Part shown: positions 49,683 through 58,095 of the stretch, piece after piece | Numbering within the stretch: position 1 is the first letter of the stretch | How the letters are laid out: each line of letters starts with the position of its first letter | Notes under the pieces: model-generated | What the model was told of the DNA's origin: nothing | Database searches by the model: none | The model's input: only the letters and a program-made list of their open reading frames with translations | Made by a program: the position numbers and the translations under genes | NCBI GenBank assembly: GCA_030765505.1 | Contig: JAVCCL010000032.1 | Location: 34,807-98,806 of the forward strand | Reading direction: 5' to 3' | Origin: Candidatus Kaelpia imicola | GTDB taxonomy: Bacteria > Omnitrophota > Gorgyraeia > Kaelpiales > Kaelpiaceae | DNA length: 64,000 nt

Positions 49683-49968
49683 AGGGTTGCCGAAGTTTAA
49701 AGAGATGGTATATCTTAAGATATTGGAGATTCCCTATGGAGAGACCCGTAGTTATAAACGGGTTGCAGAAGAGATTGGAGTTTCAAATAGAGTAAGGGCT
49801 GTTGCGAGAGCTATATCAGAGAACCCTTATCCTTTCCTAATACCCTGTCATCGAGTTATAAGGAGCGATGGAACCCCTGGCGGATATATGTTTGGTTTGG
49901 AAATTAAAAAGAAGTTACTAGATTTGGAAAAAAGAGTAAAATCCGTTATAATAGAGAAGTCTAGGTAA
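49648..49968 (+). CDS. ogt: methylated-DNA--protein-cysteine methyltransferase (DNA-binding/active-site domain only)
   Basis: IPYGETRSYKRVAEEIGVSNRVRAVARAISENPYPFLIPCHRVIRSDGTPGGY carries the PCHRV active-site motif. Confidence 0.75.
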   Translation: MLKRKELKKLLKGLPKFKEMVYLKILEIPYGETRSYKRVAEEIGVSNRVRAVARAISENPYPFLIPCHRVIRSDGTPGGYMFGLEIKKKLLDLEKRVKSVIIEKSR

Positions 49969-50005
49969 CCTGTTTGTATATATTATGAATCTATTGGGAG
50001 GAGAT

Positions 50006-51080
50006 ATGAGAGATAACTTAATACAGAGAGTGGTAGAGCTTAAAGAGAGATTTCAAGAACTGCGAGGTTTTCTTTAACCTGGATAAAAAGAATAAACATA
50101 TAGCAGAGATAGAAGAGAAGATATCTCAGCCTGGATTTTGGGATCAGGGCTCTATAAATACCAGCATCCTTAAAGAACTCAAAATCCTTAAAGAGAGTGT
50201 TGGAGATTCCAAGTTTTTAGAGAGAGAGTTAAAAGATTTAAAAGAGTTGATTGATATATCAACGGATGAAGAGGACAATTCTTTGTCTTTAGAGTTGAAA
50301 AAAGTTGAGTCAGAGATTAATAGATTAGAATTCAAGGCTTACCTAAGTGAACCCCATGATTCCGGCAATGCTATAATGTCAATCCATGCCGGGGCTGGCG
50401 GTACGGAGTCTTGTGACTGGACTCAGATGTTAATCAGAATGTATTCCAGGTGGGTTGAAAAAAGAGGGTATAAGATAGAGATGCTGGATATTCTAGAAGG
50501 TGAAGAGGCTGGTGTTAAAAATGCTACTTTTATCATAAAGGGCGATTATGTCTACGGTTTTTTAAAGGCTGAGAAAGGGGTTCATAGATTGGTGAGAATA
50601 TCACCTTTTGATGCGAATAAGCGCAGACATACTTCTTTTGCATTAGTTGAGGTGCTGCCTGAAGTCGAAGATATTGAAGTTAATATAGATGGTAAAGATT
50701 TAAGAATTGATACATTCCGTTCTTCTGGTGCCGGCGGTCAGCATGTGAATGTAACGGACTCTGCAATACGAATAACGCATAACCCAACCGGCATTGTTGT
50801 TGAGTGCCAGAATGAACGTTCCCAGCATAAAAATAAAGCTACAGCTATGAAGGTCCTGAGATCTAAGCTTTATGATTTAAATAAAGAGAAGCAGAAGGAA
50901 GAGCTTCAGGAGATGCGGGTTAAAGGAGATATAGGCTGGGGTTACCAGATACGTTCCTACGTCTTACATCCCTATACCATGGCAAAAGACCATAGAACTG
51001 GATTGGAGGTTGGTAATGTCCAGGGTGTATTAAATGGTAACATAGACGGTTTTATAGAAGCCTATTTGAAGAAAAGGTAA
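50006..51080 (+). CDS. prfB: peptide chain release factor 2 with programmed +1 frameshift (site CTT TAA C at 50072-50078)
   Basis: RBS GGGAGGAG. Frame 0 reads MRDNLIQRVVELKERFQELRGFL*. The +1 frame continues NLDKKNKHIAEIEEKISQPGFWDQ...SPFDANKRRHTSFA...GGQHVN(GGQ)..., aligned to E. coli RF2 ([27 protein letters not shown]) at the homologous frameshift position. Confidence 0.85.
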
Positions 51081-51089
51081 GGGTATACC

Positions 51090-53963
51090 ATGCTTAATTT
51101 TATAATGAAAAAGATCGTAGGAACCCAGAACGAAAGAGAGTTAAAAAAACTCAATCCTTTGGTTAATGAGATAGACTCTTATGAAAACGAAATGCAGAGA
51201 TTAACCGATGCAGAGTTGCGTCTTAAGACCGATAAGTTTAGAGAGAGGCTTTCGGCTGGAGAGAGCTTGGAAGATATTCTACCCGATGCTTTTTCGGTTG
51301 TAAGGGAAGTTGCAAAAAGAAGACTGAAAATGAGACATTTTGGTGTCCAGCTTATAGGCGGAGCAGTGCTTCATCAGGGTAAGATTGCTGAGATGGCAAC
51401 AGGTGAAGGTAAGACTCTCGTTGCGACACTCTCTGCTTATTTAAATGCTTTAAATTCAAAAGGCGTACATATTGTTACTGTAAATGATTATCTTGCTAAA
51501 CGTGATAGGGATTGGATGGGTTCTATCTATGAATCTTTAGGCTTAACTGTAGGCGTTATTGTGCATGGACAGAGCCATGCTCAGAAAAAAGAAGCTTATA
51601 ATTGCGATATTACCTATGGCACAAACAATGAGTTTGGGTTTGATTATTTAAGAGATAATATGGTGATATCTCAAGAAGATGTGGTTCAGCGAGCTCACCA
51701 TTACGCTATAGTAGATGAAGTTGATTCGATACTCATTGATGAGGCAAGGACCCCTCTTATTATCTCGGGTCCTTCTGAGGAGTCAGTGGATAAATATTAT
51801 CTTGCAGATAGAGTAGCTAAGCAGCTTCAGGCAAGAGTGATTATTGATGCAAGAAATACTCAGGATGGATTTACTGTAATCAGAACTCAGGATGGACGTG
51901 AAGAGAAGATTCCTCGGGAGGAGTTTAACGACAGCTGTGATGCTATAGCCGAGGAGAAGAGCAATAATTCTCGCATAACTCAAAAAGGTGAGAAAAAGTG
52001 TGAAGAGATACTGAAGATAGATAGTCTTTGGGAGGAGATGCCGAATGCTTATTCTGAACCCTGGTCTCATTACATAAACCAGTCTTTGAGAGCCAGGTTT
52101 CTATTTAAGAGAGATACTCATTATGTTGTAAAAGATGGCAAGGTTTTAATAGTAGATGAATTCACAGGCCGTCTTATGCCCGGGCGCCGCTGGTCTGACG
52201 GTTTACATCAGGCGATTGAGGCTAAAGAAGCTCTTAAGATAGAACAAGAGAATCAGACTCTTGCGACTATATCCTTTCAGAACTATTTCAGAATGTATCA
52301 GAAACTCTCCGGTATGACAGGGACGGCGGCTACGGAGGCCCCGGAGTTTAACAAGATATATAATTTAGAAGTGATCGTTGTGCCTCCCAATAAAACCTTA
52401 AGAAGATCGCAGAACCCCGATGTGATTTATAAAAGTCAGAGAGAGAAGTTCAATGCAGTTGTCGGTGATATTAGCCAGATGTATGAAGCGGGCAGGCCTG
52501 TACTTGTGGGAACTACATCCATAGAGAAGTCTGAGATTATAAGTGAATTATTAAAAAGAAGAGGAGTGGTTCACAATGTACTCAATGCTAAATACCATGA
52601 GAAGGAGGCTGAGATTATTGCTCAGACAGGAAGGCTTAAGGCGGTGACGATAGCGACAAATATGGCTGGCCGCGGAACAGATATTCTTTTAGGCGGTAAC
52701 CCGGAATTTTTGACAAAAGCTAGATTAAAACAGAATAATAGAGATAGTAACGATATTACCGAGGAGGAGTTTAAAAAGGCAGCCCAGGAAGTTTCATCTT
52801 TAGTGGAGGATGAGCATAAAAAAGTAATTGAATTGGGAGGCCTTCATGTCATAGGAACAGAACGTCATGAATCAAGACGCATCGATAACCAGCTCAGGGG
52901 GCGTTCTGGCCGTCAGGGTGACCCTGGCTCTTCAAAATTCTACCTATCGTTAGAAGATGATCTGATGCGTATTTTTGGTTCTGAGAGAATTGCTATGATT
53001 ATGGATAGGCTGGGCATTGAAGACGGCGAAAAGATAGAGCACGGTTTAATCACTAGAGCTATAGGTACGGCTCAGAAAAGGGTTGAGAGTTTTAATTTCG
53101 AGATCAGGAAGCATCTCTTGGATTATGATGATGTAATGAATAAGCAGCGTCAGGCAATATATAATGAACGCAGGGGCGTTCTGTTTAATGAAAATCTAAA
53201 AGAACATATTTATGAAATAATAGATGAGGTTTTAGAGTATCAGATAGAGATTTATATCTCTGAATCTGAACTGGCTGATAACTATGATTGGGATGGGCTC
53301 TCTAAGTGGTTATTGGATAAATTTAGAGTTCAGATTACAGGAGATAGATTGAAAGAGAGATCTTTAGAGGGTGAGAGAGAGCATAAGAGCAGCTGGCATA
53401 GGATCGTAACTAACTGCTTTGAATATCTGAGTACTAAGATGAAAGAGATTTATCAAGATAGGGAGAGAGAGCTGGAAGAGAATGAGATAAGAAGATTAGA
53501 GAGGATGATATTCTTACATGTTATAGATATGAGATGGAAACAGCACCTCTATGGCTTGGATTATTTAAGAGAGGGTATAGGTCTTAGAGCTTATGGGCAG
53601 AGAGATCCGTTGGTTGAATATAGAAATGAATCTTATGCGATGTTTCAAGAGATGGCTGCGAGGATCAAACTGGATGTTGTCGAGTATCTGTTCAAATTTC
53701 ATCCCAGGTTTAGGATGGCTTCAGGCGGTTTGATTGAAAAATCTGCCCAGGACTACAAACATGAAGAGGTTAATCAGTTCCAGTCTTTGAAAAAGATGAA
53801 ATCTGAATCTGAAGACCCAACTCGTTTGACGCCGCATGAGAAGCTAGGAGTAGATAGACACCAGACCTACAGGAGGGATAATAAAAAAGTAGGTAGAAAT
53901 GATCCCTGTCCTTGTAATAGCGGTAAGAAGTATAAAAAATGCTGTTATCCAAAATATGGATGA
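51090..53963 (+). CDS. secA: preprotein translocase ATPase SecA (with C-terminal zinc-binding [13 protein letters not shown] tail)
   Basis: [83 protein letters not shown], and a C-terminal Zn finger. Confidence 0.95.
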   Translation: [957 protein letters not shown]

Positions 53964-55402
53964 AAATCTTTTTGACTGTTCTGCTCTCTGCACTATTAAC
54001 AGCAGCTGGTTTTTATTATTCTGACCTGTTTCTGCTCTTCTCTCTTACTCCTCTAATCTATATCGGAATAAGCACAGCGTCTCTTAAGAGAAAATTTTTA
54101 TTAGGATATTTTTGGGGTATCATAACTTTTAGTTTTTTGTCATATTGGGTTATTCATATAACTTTTCTCGGGTTTTTAGCGGCAATTTTTTATCTCGCTT
54201 TATACCCCGGACTCTTTACAGCTCTAATTAGTAGAAATAGAAAATTGACTAATCCTTTTTATATAGCAACTCTATGGGTATCTCTTGAATTTTTGCGTTC
54301 TTTTCTCTTTACAGGTTTTCCTTGGGGTTTTTTGGGTTATGCTTTTTGGAGCCGTTTGAATTTTATTCAGATTGCAGATCTATTCGGTATCTACGGTATA
54401 TCATTTGCAGTTGTTTTGATTAATACAGCGTTACTCTATTCATTTATCGAAAAAAATAGAAGGTATAAGGCGGTTAATTTTATAATAATCCTATTAACCA
54501 TAGTCTGTTCTTTTTGTTATAGCAGGCATCGCTTGAACTCTCTTCTGCCTGAAGGTAGTATTAATAACGTTGCCTTGATTCAGACAAATGTGGATTCTAA
54601 CCTAAAGTGGGATCCAGAACTGTATGGAGATAATTTAAAAAGAATCAGGTTGCTTGGGCTAATTGCAAAAGAGAGAGGGGCGGAACTTATAATATTTCCT
54701 GAGACAGTATTGCCCTATAGCTGGAATAGAGATAAGAGAGTTATGGATGATATAGAAGATATCGTCAAAGAGCTCAACAGCAATCTGATTTTAGGCATTC
54801 CTTATTATCAGGATGACAAGCTTTATAACTCATCTCTTTTATTTAGCAAGAATGGAGAGGTCAAAGGCAGGTATTTTAAGAATCATCTGGTGCCTTTCGG
54901 TGAGTATCTTCCATGTAAGAAAATATTATCTTTTTTAACGGAGTTTTATCCTGTCGGATATTATTCTCCCGGCGTAGATTCAAATCTTCTTAAGTATCAA
55001 GACCACTATTTTTCTGTTTTGATATGCTACGAAGATATCTTCTCTGATATTACAAGAAAAGCTGCTTTAAGCGGTGCCTCTTTTTTAGTTAATCAGTCTG
55101 ATGAAGGTTGGTTTAAGAACAGCCAAGAGATATATCTGAATAATCAGATTGCGGTTTTCCGTGCAATCGAGAGTAGACGCTCGCTTTTGCGTTCAACAAA
55201 TACAGGCATAACTTGCTTGATAGATTATAAGGGGCGTATATTAAGTCAATTAGATCCATTTAGGGCAGATGTTTTAATGGTTGCTGTTCCAATTTATAGA
55301 GAGTTATCTTTTTATTCTAAATATGGTTTATTGTTACTTATTATTATTGTTTTTATTTTTGTTTTATTGTATTCCGCTTGGAGTAATAAAAAAACGTTCT
55401 AA
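53939..55402 (+). CDS. lnt: apolipoprotein N-acyltransferase
   Basis: N-terminal polytopic membrane domain plus C-terminal CN-hydrolase (nitrilase) domain (ELIIFPETVL...LICYEDIF). An alternative start at ATG 53960 would overlap the secA stop. Confidence 0.75.
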   Translation: MLLSKIWMKIFLTVLLSALLTAAGFYYSDLFLLFSLTPLIYIGISTASLKRKFLLGYFWGIITFSFLSYWVIHITFLGFLAAIFYLALYPGLFTALISRNRKLTNPFYIATLWVSLEFLRSFLFTGFPWGFLGYAFWSRLNFIQIADLFGIYGISFAVVLINTALLYSFIEKNRRYKAVNFIIILLTIVCSFCYSRHRLNSLLPEGSINNVALIQTNVDSNLKWDPELYGDNLKRIRLLGLIAKERGAELIIFPETVLPYSWNRDKRVMDDIEDIVKELNSNLILGIPYYQDDKLYNSSLLFSKNGEVKGRYFKNHLVPFGEYLPCKKILSFLTEFYPVGYYSPGVDSNLLKYQDHYFSVLICYEDIFSDITRKAALSGASFLVNQSDEGWFKNSQEIYLNNQIAVFRAIESRRSLLRSTNTGITCLIDYKGRILSQLDPFRADVLMVAVPIYRELSFYSKYGLLLLIIIVFIFVLLYSAWSNKKTF

Positions 55403-55436
55403 GTTTATAATATTTAAGTTTTCTTCAATTAGGAAT

Positions 55437-55570
55437 AGTTCGAGTCCTTGTTGGGGAGTTTTTATATTTAAGCCTCTGTAAAACAATAACTTACAGAGGT
55501 TTTTTTATTTATTTTAAAAACAGCGTGGTTATTTGACACTGCGTATATATGTGGTATATATATTGCAGAT
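55437..55570 (+). repeat. intergenic terminator+promoter module, copy 1 (second copy 56584-56720)
   Basis: ggggagtttttatat.taaGCCTCTGTA...CAGAGG.ttttttatttat...cgtggttatttga...tggta.a.ata...tatattgc shared between the two loci. Confidence 0.7.
55473..55510 (+). terminator. rho-independent terminator (member of repeated intergenic module)
   Basis: aaGCCTCTGTAAaacaataacTTACAGAGGtttttttattt. Confidence 0.6.
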
Positions 55571-55615
55571 ACTTTGTGAGGCGTGAGGGGGATGGAATGA
55601 AAAAAGGAGCTCAAT

Positions 55616-56521
55616 GTGATTAAAAAGGGTATGGCTGGCTGGTTTCTATTATTAATGTTTATTATAGTAGGTTGTTATGAAAATTTTGCAATATTTACTA
55701 ATAATGAAGATTCTACCCAGGATTATGCTTTACACCTACGTAGATTAAAAGATTCTTCTTTTCAATTCCAAGATATTGCTCAACCCGATTTTTTTGAAAG
55801 AAACTGGGAACGTTTGCGCGATGGAATACGTTTCCAATCATCTTCTGGCATTCTCATAGAGATACGAAGAAACGATGAAGCGTTCGTTATGGTATGCGTA
55901 TATAATCCAAAAGATTCTACTCAGATGACAGAGGCAGGCCAGTTTGTTGAAATTTATAATGCTAGTCTCGATAGCATAAGGAAAATAGAGCAAGAAAGAG
56001 GTATAGTAAATCATTATCAAGTTGGAGTACCAACAAATAGTCCTATTACACCTGCTATATATGATTTTTATAGCGTAACAAATTTAACTGAAAAGGAATT
56101 TAATATCTATCTTGAAGGTGTTAGGCAAGTAAAAGCAGGTTCTATCAAAGATACATATGATATAGTAGATCCTGATTTAAGAGAAACAGCTAAAATATTA
56201 GCCACGGATATTGCCGCGGAGATAGGAGGAAGACGTCTGGATCCTGTACTTATGATAGCAAGTAAACAAAAATTGATTGAAGGGTTAGAGATTTTTTTAA
56301 GAGAGTATGATAAAGAATTGTTTGGTTTTAGTTTTTGCGGTGATAGTATCAAAGAACAAAATATTTTTATAGGCGGAAGGATAATAAAAATTGGCGAGTT
56401 GGAAGAGCTAGCACTTCGGTTAAAACAATGCAAATCTTATCTTGAGGGAGACTTAGGCAATCTTTTTTATCGCTCGTATCTAATGTACGCACAAGGAATG
56501 CCGATAATAAGCTTTAGATAG
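55616..56521 (+). CDS. putative lipoprotein, hypothetical
   Basis: AAGGAG 6 nt upstream of the GTG start. MIKKGMAGWFLLLMFIIVGC has a lipobox-like IVGC. Confidence 0.5.
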   Translation: MIKKGMAGWFLLLMFIIVGCYENFAIFTNNEDSTQDYALHLRRLKDSSFQFQDIAQPDFFERNWERLRDGIRFQSSSGILIEIRRNDEAFVMVCVYNPKDSTQMTEAGQFVEIYNASLDSIRKIEQERGIVNHYQVGVPTNSPITPAIYDFYSVTNLTEKEFNIYLEGVRQVKAGSIKDTYDIVDPDLRETAKILATDIAAEIGGRRLDPVLMIASKQKLIEGLEIFLREYDKELFGFSFCGDSIKEQNIFIGGRIIKIGELEELALRLKQCKSYLEGDLGNLFYRSYLMYAQGMPIISFR

Positions 56522-56617
56522 TCAGGTGTTATTATAATCTTATCTGTAATTTTCTTTAGCTTCCTCTGAGTATAGCCAGTTGCGAAATTCGTCCAACACG
56601 GGGAGTTTTATATCTCA

Positions 56618-56658
56618 AGCCTCTGTATAGCGATAAGTTTCAGAGGCTTTTTTATTTA
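56618..56658 (+). terminator. rho-independent terminator (second copy of repeated intergenic module)
   Basis: aAGCCTCTGtatagcgataagtttCAGAGGCTtttttattt. Confidence 0.6.
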
Positions 56659-56681
56659 TCCAAATAAAATGACGTGGTTAT

Positions 56682-58082
56682 TTGAAATCGGTAATTACAT
56701 ATGGTACAAATACTATATATTGCTTAATAAAATATAAGGGGGATGAAATTATAGCAATCGTAAAAAAATGTTTACTTAGTGTATGTGTGATAGTTTTTTT
56801 GCTTAATCTTCACTCATTTTTTATATCTAAAGAAATTTCCAATTCATCTGTATCGCAAAATTCCGCTTATAGAAGATGTAGATATTTTTCTAATTATCCA
56901 AGAGAACAAATAATTGGTATTACGATCCGGAAAAAAGAAGCTCTGCTGTGGAATTATAGAAACGGTAATGTGCCAGCTGATTTATATGAGATAATTGGCA
57001 GAAACCTTGACGTAATTATTAATGGAGGCATTGAACAGATTTATAATTATTTTCCAATAAATCGTATTAATAATAATGTTGCTGAACATATTAATGTTTC
57101 ATTTTGTAATATGTTACTAAACATTGTGTTGCAAAATGAGCCTGATTTAAATGGAAATCAACGTAGCGCTTTATATGGAAATATTGATAGCTATCTAATG
57201 ACTCCGGAAATAAAAATTGCTCAACTTACAGAAGGAGAAAAGACTCTTTCCTCTTCACATATTGTAGCGAAACCCTGGGGAATGGAAGTCTGGATTGCGG
57301 AAAATGATCTTTTCGGGATAAAAGCCATATATATAATGCAAGGAGAACATGAGTCTGTTCAGTGGCATATGAAAAAAACTGAATCTCAGTTGTATTTTGG
57401 ACATGGAGAGATTTTGCATTTGCTTCTAGATGAGTTTGGAAATTTAAGAGAAAAAGTAGGATTATTCCATGAGTCTGACATGGAAGAGGTATCGTCTTTT
57501 TTTGATAGTTTACCTTTTGTGAATATTGGCGGTGAAAATTTGACTATTCGAAATATACCTGTGGGTACTGTGCATACTTCAAGACCTACTCAGGGACTTA
57601 TTATGCACTTGGAATTTAATTCAGGGGAAGAAGCTGCAGCTCCAACTGTGACTACTAGATTATTAGATAAATACACAGATAGCGAAAGGACTATTAAAGA
57701 AGCTCAAAGATTAAATATAAATTGGTGGGGCCCGAGGCTTCCTGTTGCATTAGGAGACGATGTAGCAAGAGTTGAATTTTCTGATGCGGGAAGAGAAATA
57801 CAGGAAAGTATAATTACTGAAGATGATGGTGTAGTGAGAATAGAGACTACGCCCAACTATGTGATTGATCAAATCACTTTTTCTAATGGAGAAAGTAGAA
57901 ATATTGGAGGACGTACACGTACATCGGAAGTAGTACTTGTATTAAATGGAATATTGAATGTAATCAAAGAAGGTCAACACTATTCATTGTTTCCTGGAGA
58001 GGTTTTAGAAATAGAGAAGGGAGAAAGTATTACTTTAACATCTTATGATAAGTGTAAAATTATACATACTTACGCACCATGA
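56682..58082 (+). CDS. bicupin protein, mannose-6-phosphate isomerase type II-like cupins; N-terminal hydrophobic segment; start uncertain
   Basis: VAKPWGMEVWIAENDLFGIKAIYIMQGEHESVQWHMKKTESQLYFGHGEIL carries the KPWG...H...H cupin motif. A second cupin-like block is at the C-terminus. The track's TTG start lies inside the promoter-like repeat, so the real start is probably near 56760. Confidence 0.45.
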   Translation: MKSVITYGTNTIYCLIKYKGDEIIAIVKKCLLSVCVIVFLLNLHSFFISKEISNSSVSQNSAYRRCRYFSNYPREQIIGITIRKKEALLWNYRNGNVPADLYEIIGRNLDVIINGGIEQIYNYFPINRINNNVAEHINVSFCNMLLNIVLQNEPDLNGNQRSALYGNIDSYLMTPEIKIAQLTEGEKTLSSSHIVAKPWGMEVWIAENDLFGIKAIYIMQGEHESVQWHMKKTESQLYFGHGEILHLLLDEFGNLREKVGLFHESDMEEVSSFFDSLPFVNIGGENLTIRNIPVGTVHTSRPTQGLIMHLEFNSGEEAAAPTVTTRLLDKYTDSERTIKEAQRLNINWWGPRLPVALGDDVARVEFSDAGREIQESIITEDDGVVRIETTPNYVIDQITFSNGESRNIGGRTRTSEVVLVLNGILNVIKEGQHYSLFPGEVLEIEKGESITLTSYDKCKIIHTYAP

Positions 58083-58095
58083 GGTTTATATTCAG

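Noticed and set aside
55592-55600. Mini-ORFs ATG GAA TGA (55592-55600) and ATG AAA TTA TAG (56742-56753) behind strong SD sequences
   Set aside because: They are too short to call as genes and are probably by-products of the duplicated promoter/RBS module. Noted only as possible translational-coupling elements.
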